Shown: positions 7,382 to 18,700, counted from the first letter of the stretch. The stretch: 64,000 nucleotides of DNA from Ignavibacteriales bacterium (GCA_035379625.1 DAOSVM010000006.1:11485-75484); one strand, 5' to 3'. Notes: generated by a model from the sequence alone, not told the origin. Program-made: numbers and translations.

Positions 7382-8530
7382 ATGGATTCTAAAACTCTGC
7401 ATAAACAGATGATTTTGTGCATACTTGGAATATCAACTGTTGGTATATCTTTAGGTTTACTTGGTCCTGTGACTGTAATTCTTTTAGAAAAAAATCATAT
7501 GCCTACTTGGATTAATGGATTATTTGTTACAATGTCTTATCTAACAATTTTTATTTTTTCATTTATTACAGGGAAATTAATTAATCATTATGGTATAAAA
7601 AAAATATTTATTACTGGTATGGTTTTGATGCTGATTGGCTCAATTGGCTTACCGATGATATTTAATATACCAATTTTGTTTATTTCGCGTGCAATAATGG
7701 GTATAGGAATTACTTTTGGTTTCGTCTCTACTGAGGTTTTAATTAATGTTCTATCAACTGAAGAGAAAAGGAATAAAAATATAACATTATATATTATGAT
7801 ATTTTCTTTAGGTATAGCTATTGGGAGTGCATTAATATGGACTGTAAATGTAAATATTATTTTACCTTATGCAATTGCTACTATTATTATACTTGTTGTA
7901 TTAATAATTTCCTATCTTAAATTATTAGATTGTAAGCTACCAAAAGGTGGGGAGGAAGAACATAAAAATTTAAATATTAAAAATTTACCATTAATTGGAA
8001 TAATTTCAGCGATTTTATATGGTTTTTTTGAATCATCTATTACAGTTGTATTACCAATTTATGGACTAAGAACAGGTTTTAATCAAAACGAAACATCTGT
8101 TTTAATAACAGCTTTTGTTTTAGGTGGAATTGTTGTATATTATTATTTGTCAAAAGTATTTGATGAAACAAACTATCTTAAATACATAAAATTAACATTA
8201 TTGCTATTGGTAATATTCTTATCTTTTCCTATTTATATTGATAATTTAATTGTTCAATCAATAATATTTTTTCTTTTGGGTGGTTTAGTTCCTGAATTAT
8301 ATTCTTTAGGTTTATCTTACACAATGGCAAAAATTGAGAAACAACATACAGCAGAGGCTAATGGATATTATTCATCATCTTATGGATTTGGTACATTAGT
8401 AGGGCCGCTTGTTAGTTCAGAATTATTAGATATAGATGCCAAAGTGGCTTATTGGATTACAGCAACAATTTTAACAATTATTGTATTAAGCATTACATTA
8501 GGAGTAAAAAATGGAACTAATAAAAATTAA
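7382..8530 (+). CDS. MFS transporter
   Basis: 382 aa, about 11-12 hydrophobic helices, two-halves architecture with a charged central loop (..KLPKGGEEEHKN..). Confidence 0.7.
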   Translation: MDSKTLHKQMILCILGISTVGISLGLLGPVTVILLEKNHMPTWINGLFVTMSYLTIFIFSFITGKLINHYGIKKIFITGMVLMLIGSIGLPMIFNIPILFISRAIMGIGITFGFVSTEVLINVLSTEEKRNKNITLYIMIFSLGIAIGSALIWTVNVNIILPYAIATIIILVVLIISYLKLLDCKLPKGGEEEHKNLNIKNLPLIGIISAILYGFFESSITVVLPIYGLRTGFNQNETSVLITAFVLGGIVVYYYLSKVFDETNYLKYIKLTLLLLVIFLSFPIYIDNLIVQSIIFFLLGGLVPELYSLGLSYTMAKIEKQHTAEANGYYSSSYGFGTLVGPLVSSELLDIDAKVAYWITATILTIIVLSITLGVKNGTNKN

Positions 8531-9467
8531 AAATAGTGATTTAGAAATTTCAAGGGTAATATATGGTTGTATGAGAATTGGAGGGCAATGGGATGCGGAA
8601 AATTATGAGGATGAACATAAAAATTATATTTTTAAGTTATTAGATAATGTGATTGAAAAGGGAATAAATATTTTTGATCACGCTGATATATATTCAATGG
8701 GGAAATCTGAAAAAATATTTGGTGAATATATAAAAGAGCGTTCAATAAAGCGAGAAAATATAATTATTCAAACAAAATGTGGCATTAGAAGGAAAGATGA
8801 TCCAGAATATGGAATTGTTGGGAGATATGATTTTAGTTATGAGCATATAGTAAATTCAGTTGAAAATAGTTTGAAAAGATTACAAACAGATTACATAGAT
8901 ATATTATTGCTGCACCGTCCTGATATTTTATGTGAACCTGAGGAGGTTGCAAAAGCATTTGAAAAATTAAAAAATGATGGTAAAGTAAAATATTTTGGTG
9001 TAAGTAACCATTCCCCATTTCAATTAGAATTATTACAAAAGTATACAGATGAAAAATTGCTTTTTAATCAAATAGAAATTAATTTACAAAATTATGGTGT
9101 TTTTGAAGAAGAAGTAACCTTTAATAATTTAAATTTTAAACCATTTAATGCACAAAATATACTAAATTACAGTAGAATTAATGATATAACTATACAAGCT
9201 TGGTCGCCATTAGGGAAAGGTTTTATAAATAATACAGAAAATTATGAATTAAGGGAATATCTCAAATTTTTAGCGATGAAATATGAAACAACAATAGAAG
9301 GAATACAAATATTATTTTTGTTAACGCATCCTGCAAAGATATTACCTGTTTTGGGTTCTATAAATTTAGAAAGATTAAATAGTATGATAGATGTTGTAGG
9401 CAAAAAGTTGACGAGAGAAGAATGGTATAAAATTCTTGTTTTAGCTCGTGGTAATGCATTACCATAA
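8511..9467 (+). CDS. Aldo/keto reductase
   Basis: 318 aa with ..FDHADIY.., ..DILLLHRPD.., ..YFGVSNH... Overlaps the end of the MFS gene by 20 nt. Confidence 0.85.
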   Translation: MELIKIKNSDLEISRVIYGCMRIGGQWDAENYEDEHKNYIFKLLDNVIEKGINIFDHADIYSMGKSEKIFGEYIKERSIKRENIIIQTKCGIRRKDDPEYGIVGRYDFSYEHIVNSVENSLKRLQTDYIDILLLHRPDILCEPEEVAKAFEKLKNDGKVKYFGVSNHSPFQLELLQKYTDEKLLFNQIEINLQNYGVFEEEVTFNNLNFKPFNAQNILNYSRINDITIQAWSPLGKGFINNTENYELREYLKFLAMKYETTIEGIQILFLLTHPAKILPVLGSINLERLNSMIDVVGKKLTREEWYKILVLARGNALP

Positions 9468-9474
9468 AAAAAAA

Positions 9475-9546
9475 GGGCTACACAGCAATCATCCTTACCG
9501 TTGCTGCCTTCCGGCCCTGGCGGGGTTGGGGACTATGCTGTTAGCC
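9475..9546 (-). ncRNA. ffs: Signal recognition particle RNA (small 4.5S type)
   Basis: Minus-strand RNA: GGCUAACAGCAUAGUCCCCAACCCCGCCAGGGCCGGAAGGCAGCAACGGUAAGGAUGAUUGCUGUGUAGCCC followed by U9. It contains the SRP domain IV signature CAGG-CCGGAAGG-AGCA with a GGAA tetraloop. The 5' GGCUAACAGCA pairs with the 3' UGCUGUGUAGCC. Exact ends are uncertain. Confidence 0.7.
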
Positions 9547-9550
9547 AATG

Positions 9551-9582
9551 CAAATATAATAAAATATTATTTAATTTGCAAA
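9551..9582 (-). promoter_or_regulatory. Bacteroidetes-type promoter (-33 TTTG, 20-nt spacer, -7 TATATTTG) for the SRP RNA
   Basis: The minus strand reads TTTGcaaattaaataatattttatTATATTTGcatt immediately before GGCUAAC. This matches the TTTG / TAnnTTTG consensus described for Bacteroides sigma-A. Confidence 0.5.
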
Positions 9583-9800
9583 AAGTAAATTATTTAATTA
9601 TATTAAAAAAGAAAAGCGACTAAATTGGGATTAAAGATATAAATAGCATTAATGATAAGTATCATCTATGTTAAATTAAAATGTAAAATATATTAAAATA
9701 ATATTAAATTAGATATAATAATAATCACAATCTTGACATTAAAAAAAGAAATGGTTATTTTGTAACCAAGAAAAACAAAACCTATAAAATGGAGGCAAAG

Positions 9801-10364
9801 ATGAAAAAATTATTTGTAATCTTATCAATATTGGCAATTTCGTTATTGTATGTTGGTTGTGGCGGTTCTAAACATAATTTACCAGCAACAACAGAAGGTG
9901 ATGAGCCAGAATGGTATACTAATGTGCCTGAAGATCCAAACATTTTATTCGCTGCTAAAACAGCTACATCAAGAGATAAACAACTTGCTGTTGATAAAGC
10001 AGTACAAGATGCAAGAGCTGAAATAGCTAAACAATTAGAAGTTAAAGTTCAAGGGTTGGAAAAGAGATTTACTGAAGAAACGGGAATTGGCGAAGATTCT
10101 CAATTACTAGATCAATTTACAAAAGCTAACAAAACAATAGTAAATCAAAGCTTAATTGGTAGTAAAATTGAAAAACAAAAAACATTAAAAGATGGTAATA
10201 CTTATAGAGCTTATGTATTAGTTAAATTACCATTAGGTGCAGCAAAAGAAGCTTTACTAAAGCAAATTAAACAAAATGAACAAATTTATACAAAAGTTAG
10301 AGCTTCACAAACTTTCCAAGAATTAGATAAAGAAATTGAAAAAATGGAAGGTGGAAATAAATAA
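9801..10364 (+). CDS. LPP20-like lipoprotein
   Basis: Lipobox ..LLYVGCGG... ..PEWY.. then ..AAKTATSRDKQLAVDKAVQDARAEIAKQLEVKV.. resembles the LPP20 fold. The ATG at 9801 is preceded by GGAGG; the ORF track starts 12 nt earlier. Confidence 0.5.
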   Translation: MKKLFVILSILAISLLYVGCGGSKHNLPATTEGDEPEWYTNVPEDPNILFAAKTATSRDKQLAVDKAVQDARAEIAKQLEVKVQGLEKRFTEETGIGEDSQLLDQFTKANKTIVNQSLIGSKIEKQKTLKDGNTYRAYVLVKLPLGAAKEALLKQIKQNEQIYTKVRASQTFQELDKEIEKMEGGNK

Positions 10365-11099
10365 TTGAATAGAGTAATAAAAATATTTTTATTACTATCA
10401 GAGTTTCATTTATTTGCACAAAGTCAACCAGTACCAAGATGGTTTATTGAGCAAGGGCAAGTTCCTTGCTCAAATTTTGTTGTACAATTCTCTAGGCCTT
10501 ATTACAAAGATTCGATTAAGCCATACGTAAGATATTTTGCTTCAAAAAAATACGCTTCTTCAAAATCAATGACAATCTTTGGTGCTAATTTAAATTGGAA
10601 AACAGAAGCAGGTAATTATGCGGTTTCAGGTTATGAAAAAATAGCATTCGATACTAACGCTTTTTTTGAAATTTATAAATCTAATAATTTTAAAATTAAT
10701 GATTGGTTTGTTACTCCGAATAATTCATTTTTTGCTTTAGTTACAATGGAAGATTGTGATATTCCAAAATCTTTGTTGCAAAAAGAAAGGTTTAGTAAAA
10801 AAGCACCAAAGTGGTTGGAAAATTTGCCTGAAGAAAAAGGCTATGAGTACTGTATAGGCTCATGTGATCAATATTATTATGATTATAGAACTTGGGAAGA
10901 AGCGGAAAAACATGCTATCAAGCAACTTGCGATTATGAAATATTCAAAAAATTCAGCTCTTATGAAAACAGAGGATAATGTAGGAGATGAAATCCAGGAT
11001 CAAACTTTCCAGGCTACAATAACAAATTATCAAGTCATATCTCGATGGGCAGACTTAAAAAATGGAATTTACTACGTCCTTGTTAGGATAAAATCTTAA
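10365..11099 (+). CDS. Hypothetical secreted protein (second LPP20-like module near the C-terminus)
   Basis: 244 aa, TTG start abutting the upstream stop, N-terminal signal-like segment. ..WEEAEKHAIKQLAIMKYS.. resembles the LPP20 helix. Confidence 0.4.
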   Translation: MNRVIKIFLLLSEFHLFAQSQPVPRWFIEQGQVPCSNFVVQFSRPYYKDSIKPYVRYFASKKYASSKSMTIFGANLNWKTEAGNYAVSGYEKIAFDTNAFFEIYKSNNFKINDWFVTPNNSFFALVTMEDCDIPKSLLQKERFSKKAPKWLENLPEEKGYEYCIGSCDQYYYDYRTWEEAEKHAIKQLAIMKYSKNSALMKTEDNVGDEIQDQTFQATITNYQVISRWADLKNGIYYVLVRIKS

Positions 11100-11178
11100 T
11101 ATTTACCAACCTATCATTTTAAAATTTAAAAAAAAATTGTATATTTAATTTTTCATTAGGATTTATTGGAGGGGTAAA

Positions 11179-11667
11179 ATGAAAAAATTAGTTTTATCAT
11201 TAGCAGTTGGAATATTATTTTTTGGATGTTCATCTAATAAAGTATTAAAAGTAAATACAGATTTAGGGGAAGTTGAAGTTAATCCTAAAAATGAAGTATT
11301 AGTTAGTAAAACAATAAACTCTAAATTTGTTTTCAAAGCTAAGGAAGATGCAGCTATAAAATATTATAGAGAACATGTTGATATAATCCAAAATATAATT
11401 AAGAATGATTTTGCAAATTTTATGATCAAAAATAATAATGGATTGAGTGAAGATAAATTAGAAAAAATTTCTAAAGATGCAGTTAAAACCTATAACTATA
11501 ATTTCAATCCATCTAAAACTAAAATTGATACTTTGAAAACGGGATTTGCTTACTATGTAGTTTATAAAATTGATAAAAATGAACTAAAAAGTCACATTTA
11601 CAAGACGATTCAAGAAAAACATAAAGAAATTTTAGATGCAAAAGTTGAAGAGTTCTTTAAAAATTAG
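11179..11667 (+). CDS. Hypothetical lipoprotein
   Basis: 162 aa with lipobox ..ILFFGCSS.. and an upstream GGAGG RBS. Confidence 0.5.
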   Translation: MKKLVLSLAVGILFFGCSSNKVLKVNTDLGEVEVNPKNEVLVSKTINSKFVFKAKEDAAIKYYREHVDIIQNIIKNDFANFMIKNNNGLSEDKLEKISKDAVKTYNYNFNPSKTKIDTLKTGFAYYVVYKIDKNELKSHIYKTIQEKHKEILDAKVEEFFKN

Positions 11668-11708
11668 TGGCATAAAAATTGTATAACTTTCATTAAAAAA
11701 ATATATTT

Positions 11709-13142
11709 ATGGCAAATGAAAATTTAAATGAAATTGTTAATTTGATAGAAATTAAGGATTTTGATTCAGCAGAAGAAAAATTAAAAAGTATTATTTTTTT
11801 CGAATCAAAAAATACCAAAGCTTTGGAACTTTTAGCCTATGTTTATAACGAAAAAGGGAATTATGATTTCGCATTGAATTTGTTGGAGCGTATTGCTATA
11901 ATGGAACCTGAGAATAGCGCTGTACTCAATCTTGCAGGTGTAATTTTAGGGAAGCAAAACAAACATAGTGAAGCAGAAAAATACTTTAGAAGAGCTTTAA
12001 AATTAGCTCCTAATTCAAAGGATATTATTAAAAATTTAGCTTTAGCTTTACAGTCACAAAATAAGATTGATGAAGCAGTAGAAAAATATAAACAATTATT
12101 AACAGAATTTCCTTCCGATCCAATTGTTTACAATGATTTTGGATATTTATTACAAAATATTTGCTTATATGATGATGCAAAAGAATGTTTTAGAAGGGCG
12201 ATTCTTCTTAAAGAAGATTTTGCATTAGCGCATTGGAATTTGGCAACAATACTTTTACGAGAAAAAGATTTAGAAAATGGTTTTGAAGAGTATGAGTGGG
12301 GGTTTCTAGCCAAACAAAGAACAGATAGAAGATTTTCAAAGCCTAAATGGGATGGTAAATATATTGAGAAAAATAAGAAATTACTTGTTTCTCATGAGCA
12401 GGGATTTGGAGATTCTATTTTCTTTTCTCGCTATTTACAATATTTAATTGAAAAAGAAATTAATTTTATTTTAGAAGTACCACAAGAACTGTATTTTTTA
12501 TACAAAAATATTGATGGAATAGATGATGTTATTGTAATGGATAAATCCGGGAAAGAACCGCTTATTGACTACGATTATTATATCCCAATTGGATCTTTGC
12601 CATATGTTTTAAAGAAGTTTAGTACTCAAGATATTCCACAACCACTAAAATTTAATTTTCAGCAAGATGATAATAAAGAAGAATATAAAGCTGGAATATG
12701 TTGGAAAGGGAGTGAAAAACATAGGGCTGATTTGTATCGTTCTATATCAATAGAAAAATTTGAAGACTTTTTTAATCAAAAAACAATACAATTCGTAGCA
12801 TTATCTAAAAATATAAGTCAAGAAGAAGGAATTTATTTATTCAAGCATAGGGTTAATACAGATATACAGCTTTCCAAAGATTTCTTATCTACTGCATATA
12901 TTTTGCAAGAACTAGATTTAATTATTACCGTAGATACAGCTGTTGCACACTTAGCAGCATCGATGGGTAAGGCAGTTTGGTTACTTTTGCAATATAATTC
13001 GGATTGGCGATGGTTTAATGATGAAAGAATTACCCCATGGTATAATAATTGTAAAATTTATAAACAAAAATTATTTGAACCATGGGAACAAGTACTTGAT
13101 AGAGTATACAACGATTTCAAAAAAATATTTGGTATTGTATGA
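11709..13142 (+). CDS. TPR-repeat protein with C-terminal glycosyltransferase family 9-like domain
   Basis: 477 aa. The N-terminal ~190 aa are TPR-like repeats. The C-terminal ..HEQGFGDSIFFSRY.. and ..ITVDTAVAHLAASMGK.. are typical of heptosyltransferase-like GT9 folds. Confidence 0.6.
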   Translation: MANENLNEIVNLIEIKDFDSAEEKLKSIIFFESKNTKALELLAYVYNEKGNYDFALNLLERIAIMEPENSAVLNLAGVILGKQNKHSEAEKYFRRALKLAPNSKDIIKNLALALQSQNKIDEAVEKYKQLLTEFPSDPIVYNDFGYLLQNICLYDDAKECFRRAILLKEDFALAHWNLATILLREKDLENGFEEYEWGFLAKQRTDRRFSKPKWDGKYIEKNKKLLVSHEQGFGDSIFFSRYLQYLIEKEINFILEVPQELYFLYKNIDGIDDVIVMDKSGKEPLIDYDYYIPIGSLPYVLKKFSTQDIPQPLKFNFQQDDNKEEYKAGICWKGSEKHRADLYRSISIEKFEDFFNQKTIQFVALSKNISQEEGIYLFKHRVNTDIQLSKDFLSTAYILQELDLIITVDTAVAHLAASMGKAVWLLLQYNSDWRWFNDERITPWYNNCKIYKQKLFEPWEQVLDRVYNDFKKIFGIV

Positions 13143-14230
13143 GTGATACTGAAAAAAATATGAACAATAATGAAGGGCAAGCAAATCAGAAAAACAGTCA
13201 CGCTAATGATAAAAAAAAGAATTTCAAAAGATATTATCGCCCAAAAACAAATAACATCCAAAATAAAAATTATAATTCATTAAAAAATAATAAAAATATT
13301 TCTATCTCGATTGTAATCCCATTATTTAATGAAGAAGAATCTCTAGAACCATTACATAAATCGATTTATGACGTTGTAACAAGAAATAAATATAATTATG
13401 AAATAATATTTGTTGATGATGGAAGTACAGATAGATCACTACAAATTATTAAAAGATTAGCTTACAGAGATAAAAATGTAAAATATATATCATTTAGACA
13501 AAATTATGGTAAATCTGCAGCTTTGAACGAAGGTTTTAAAATAGCAAATGGTGATATAGTAATTACAATGGATGCTGATTTACAAGATAATCCTGAGGAA
13601 ATACCTAATTTAATCAACAAGATTAACGAAGGTTATGATATTGTAAGTGGTTGGAAAAAAGATAGAAAAGATTCATTTGTAAAAAATCAGACATCAAAAA
13701 TATATAATTTTGTTACTAGATTAGTTAGTGGAATAAAACTTCATGATATGAATTGTGGTTTAAAAGCTTACAGAAAAGATGTTGTAAAAAGTATTGAAAT
13801 TTATGGTGAATTTCATAGATATATACCTGTTTTAGCTAAATGGCATGGTTTTAAGAAAATAACCGAAATTCCAGTTAAGCACCAACCAAGACAATATGGA
13901 GTTTCAAAATTTGGATTATCAAGATTTTATAAAGGATTTGTTGATTTAATAACTGTAACATTTATAACACGTTATGTAACTAGACCAATGCATTTATTTG
14001 GACTTTGGGGAGCAATAATTGCATTTATTGGTTTTATGATTGAGTTTTATTTGACATATGAAAAATTAATTCATAATAGAGGATTAGAGAATAGACCACT
14101 TTTATTTTTAGGAATATTAATGATTTTATTTGGTGGTCAATTATTTTCAACTGGATTAATTGGAGAGTTAATAGTACACAATTCAAATAAAGATAAAGAA
14201 TATACAATTCGAGAAAAAAAAGTTGAATAG
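13139..14230 (+). CDS. Glycosyltransferase family 2 (polyprenol-phosphate glycosyltransferase-like) with two C-terminal TM helices
   Basis: 363 aa with ..SIVIPLFNEEESL.., ..FVDDGSTD.. and ..ITMDADLQD... Has an unusual ~55-aa Asn/Lys-rich N-terminal extension. Confidence 0.8.
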   Translation: MSDTEKNMNNNEGQANQKNSHANDKKKNFKRYYRPKTNNIQNKNYNSLKNNKNISISIVIPLFNEEESLEPLHKSIYDVVTRNKYNYEIIFVDDGSTDRSLQIIKRLAYRDKNVKYISFRQNYGKSAALNEGFKIANGDIVITMDADLQDNPEEIPNLINKINEGYDIVSGWKKDRKDSFVKNQTSKIYNFVTRLVSGIKLHDMNCGLKAYRKDVVKSIEIYGEFHRYIPVLAKWHGFKKITEIPVKHQPRQYGVSKFGLSRFYKGFVDLITVTFITRYVTRPMHLFGLWGAIIAFIGFMIEFYLTYEKLIHNRGLENRPLLFLGILMILFGGQLFSTGLIGELIVHNSNKDKEYTIREKKVE

Positions 14231-14237
14231 GTAGCTT

Positions 14238-15527
14238 GTGCGAGTATTAGTTATTTCATATTTTTGGCCGCCCGCTGTAAGAGCATCTATGCACTGGCAA
14301 TTTGCAATGGTCAAAAATTTCCGCAAATTTGGAATTGAGCCCATAGTTCTTACCGTTGAAGAAGAAACATTTGATACAAAAAAAGATTATACTTTACTTG
14401 AAGATTTCCCATCCGATATTGAAGTTATAAAAACAAAGACATTTGAGCCATTCAATATATATCGCAAGTTCAATAAAATTGAACCGAATAGGCAATTAGT
14501 TTCATCTGAGACAATATCTAAAAAGAATAAAAAATTATCGCATCGGATTTCTATTTGGATAAGAATGAATTTATTTATTCCTGATGCACGAGTAGGATGG
14601 TATTTTTATGCCGTAAAGAAAATGAAAGAATATTTAAAAAAAGAGAAAGTAGATGCAATACTTTCAGTTGGCCCGCCACATTCATCACACCTAATAGGAT
14701 TAAAGCTAGCCAAAAAGTATAACATACCATATTTCCCTGTATTTGAAGATCCATGGATGGATATTGTTTATTATAGAGATTTTAAGAGAAGTAAATTAAC
14801 CTTGTTGATAGATGGTTATTTCGAAAGTGAAGTTTTAAAAAATGCTACAAATACAATATTTGTTACAAAAAGTATGGAAGAAGATTATTTGAAAAAATAT
14901 CCATTCCTACAAGGGAAAAGTAAGGTTTTGTATTGGGGTTATAACGAAAGTGGATTTACCAATATCAAAATGCCAGAAAAGCAAGAAGGAGAATTTTGGA
15001 TTGTCCACACGGGAAACATATTTGATTATCAAAATCCCAAAAATTTTTGGAAGACAATAAGTAAAAAGATTAACGAAGGGCTTAATATTAAATTAAAATT
15101 TTCTGGAACAGTTTCGCCAGTGATTAAAGAAGAGATACATAAAAATGGTTTGGATGATAGAGTTGAATATCTTGGATTTTTGAATTACAATGAAATGTTA
15201 GGATATTTATTGCAAGGTGATTTGTTGTTGGTATGTCCAACTGAAAAGAGGCATGTGCCGGGAAAGTTATTTGAATATTTACGTTCTGGGAGAACTATAG
15301 TGGCATTTGGCGATGATAATGAAGAAGTGGCTAAAATAATAACAGATTGCAATGCAGGTAAATTGTATAATTACGATGATACAGCTGAAGATATATTTGA
15401 AAGATTTAAAGATTTTTCAACAGATCTAATCAAAGTTAAAGAATTTTCCAGAGAGAAGATTTGTGAAAATTTATCAAAGATAATAGAAACACAAGTTAAA
15501 GAAAATAAATTTAAAAAGCAAGCATAA
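14238..15527 (+). CDS. Glycosyltransferase (GT4/GT1-like)
   Basis: 429 aa, GTG start. N-terminus MRVLVISYFWPP..; C-terminal half with ..PGKLFEYL.. resembles the GT-B E-x7-E region. Confidence 0.55.
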   Translation: MRVLVISYFWPPAVRASMHWQFAMVKNFRKFGIEPIVLTVEEETFDTKKDYTLLEDFPSDIEVIKTKTFEPFNIYRKFNKIEPNRQLVSSETISKKNKKLSHRISIWIRMNLFIPDARVGWYFYAVKKMKEYLKKEKVDAILSVGPPHSSHLIGLKLAKKYNIPYFPVFEDPWMDIVYYRDFKRSKLTLLIDGYFESEVLKNATNTIFVTKSMEEDYLKKYPFLQGKSKVLYWGYNESGFTNIKMPEKQEGEFWIVHTGNIFDYQNPKNFWKTISKKINEGLNIKLKFSGTVSPVIKEEIHKNGLDDRVEYLGFLNYNEMLGYLLQGDLLLVCPTEKRHVPGKLFEYLRSGRTIVAFGDDNEEVAKIITDCNAGKLYNYDDTAEDIFERFKDFSTDLIKVKEFSREKICENLSKIIETQVKENKFKKQA

Positions 15528-15758
15528 TTTATATTAATTTTTTAATTGAAATTTTCTATTTTAAGAGGGTAAAAATTATAAAAAAATGCGTTTGGATGTA
15601 TTAAAACAATATTTTTGTAAAAATAATTAAAAAAGAAAATATGTGATGACAAGCACGTAGTATTAAGATTATGGGAATTTATCGTTCTTCACATCTTTAA
15701 TTTTACTCAATCGGGGCAGCAAAGTAAATAATATATTATCCATTAAGGAGTTATAATT

Positions 15759-18700
15759 ATGTATGGTAAAAAATTACTTCCTTTATTGGTTATCCTTATG
15801 CTATCGAGTTATTTGTTAGCAGGGGGTGGCAAACTAACAGGTTATGTTAAAACGTCAACAGGCGAACCTGTTATTGGCGCTACAATTAAAGTAATGCCAA
15901 ACTTGTTGGAGTATGATTTAGAAGATTTACTATCTGGAAAAGTGAAAGCTGAAGCAAAGGCGGGGACACAGTCGAGAAAAGATGGTTATTATGTAATAGT
16001 TAATATTACACCAGGTACCTATAATATTGAGGTTACAGCTATAGGTTACGATAAAGTTACGATTTCTGATGTAAGGATTAATTCTGATCTTACTACAGAA
16101 TTAGATATTACGTTAAATGAAACTGGTATACAAATGAAAGAAGTTGTTGTACAAGCTAAAGTTCCAGTTATTCAAAAAGATAGAGTGAATTCATCAGCTA
16201 ACTTGAATGCTGAAGAAATTAAAAACAGACCAGTAACATCAGTTGCAACATTAGTAGCACAAGAAGCTGGTATTGATGGCTCAAGTATTCGTGGCGGTGG
16301 TGCTACTGAGACAGTATATATGGTTAATGGTCTTTCAATGAAGGATGAAAGAACTAATACTTCAATTTCAAATTTTGCTTTAACATCTGTTCAAGAAATA
16401 CAAATACAAACCGGTGGTTTTAATGCCGAATACGGTGATATTAGATCTGGTGTTGTAAATGTTGTGACAAAAGAAGGTGATAAACAAAAATATAATTTTT
16501 CAATGGTTGCAAGAATAAAGCCACCTTCAAAAAAATATCAAGTAGGCCCGGGCCCTACTGATCCTAATTATTTTTATTTAAGACCATATTTAGATCCTAA
16601 AGTATGTTGGACAGGGACAACATCACTTGATGCGAACGGAATACCAAATTGGAGCCCAGAATAACAAGCACAATATCCATCATTTGAAGGATGGAATAAA
16701 GTTTCTGAAAAATTATTAACTGATAATGATCCAACTAATGATTTAACTCCGCTTGGAGCACAAAAATTATTCTTATATCAACATCGTAAAAACTTAGGTA
16801 TTAAAAATCCTGATATAGATTTAGATGCTACAATTAGCGGACCAGTTCCAGGTGGTGAAGCATTAGGTAATATGCGCTTTATGGCTTCCTTCATTGGAAA
16901 TAAGACAATGTTGTTAATTCCTTTAACAACAAAAGATTATACAAATTATACAACACAATTTAAATTAACATCAGATTTATCATCTACAGAAAAAATTTCT
17001 CTTGAAGGTGTATATCAGAGATTAGATGGAACATCAGCTTCAAGGAGCGGTTCATTTGATTATTTTGCAACACCGCAAGGAGTAGCTAGTGCTATTTCAA
17101 CAGTTTCTTTTGGCGGAGTAGGGATTTATACTGATAATTACTGGTGTCCAACTACAATGCAAAGATATGTTGGGGGTATCAAATATGTTTCTGCTCCTAC
17201 AGCAACATCTTATTTAGAAGGAGTATTTCAAATAAATGCTTCAAAATATAGTACAAATCCCGGTAAGTCACGTGATGGTGTAGTTTATACGTACGAAAAT
17301 GGAAAATTAGTTGGAAAAATAAATCCATATTATGATGTTTTAGGTGATGGAAGCTATTTAACAGATGGTGCGCCATTAGGTTATGTATTTAATGTTGGAG
17401 GTTTTTATACAAACAAAACTGGAATTGGTGGAAATTTGAGAATGGCTGATGGTATGAGTAATGCACGTGATACTTCTAGAACAATAGCTTACATATTCAA
17501 ATTTGATTATGCAACACAGTTAGATAAATTAAATTATATAAAAGCAGGTATACAATTTAAATATACTGATAATAATGTTAATTATGGACAATATGATGTT
17601 TATTTGCCTTCAGCAAATACAAGAACAGTTTGGCAGAAATATCCAATATTAGCAAGTGCTTATATACAAGATAAGTTAGAACTTGAAGGAATGATTGCGA
17701 ATATAGGATTAAGAGCTGACTTCTATACTGCGAATACAAAATGGTATGAAGTTGTAAATCCTTTTGATGATGTATTTAAACCAAGTCAAGGACAGAAAAT
17801 AAATACTTTACCTACAAAGCCAACAAAAAAGATATTTACATTAAGTCCTAGATTAGGTGTTGCTTTTCCAATAACAGTAACAAGTAAATTATTTTTTAAC
17901 TATGGACATTTTAGACAATTACCAACACCTGAAAACTTATATTTAGTAAGAATACCTACTTACACAAACCAAGTAGATTTTCTTGCAAATCCAAATTTAA
18001 CAATGCCAAAAACAGTAGCATATGAGATAGGTTATGAGCAAAGCTTAGCGGACCAATATTTGATAAGAATTAATGGTTATTATAAAGATTACAGTAATGA
18101 AATATTATCATTCTATTATTATAACTCAAAAGGAATTGAATATAATACACCTGTAACAAATGGTTATAAAGATGTTAGAGGTTTTGAAATTACATTTAAA
18201 AAGGATAGAGGTGATTGGGTACAAGGATTTATCAACTATACTTATCAAGTAACTTCAAGTGGTAGATTTGGTTTACCATGGCAATATCAAGAAGCAAATA
18301 ATCAGCAATTAAATGAAGAAAATTACTATAAAAATAATTATCATTTACCTACAACACCAAAGCCAAGCCCATATGCAAGATTAAATTTAGATTTCTTTAC
18401 ACCGACAAAAAATTTTGGTCCAGAGATTGCAGGTATAGGAATTTTAACAGATTGGAGATTAAATATTACTGCTGGTTGGAGAGCAGGTGATTATATAACA
18501 TGGACTGGCTCATACGGACAACAGATACCAGTGGAAAATGGTAAGATAATAAAAGAGAATTTCCAATGGAAAGATTCATATTATGCAAATATGAGGTTTA
18601 GTAAAGGCTTTAATTTCGGCAAAATTAAATTACAAATATTTGCTGATATAAATAACGTATTTAATTTCAAACAAATGAGTTTATATTATGGATTTACAGA

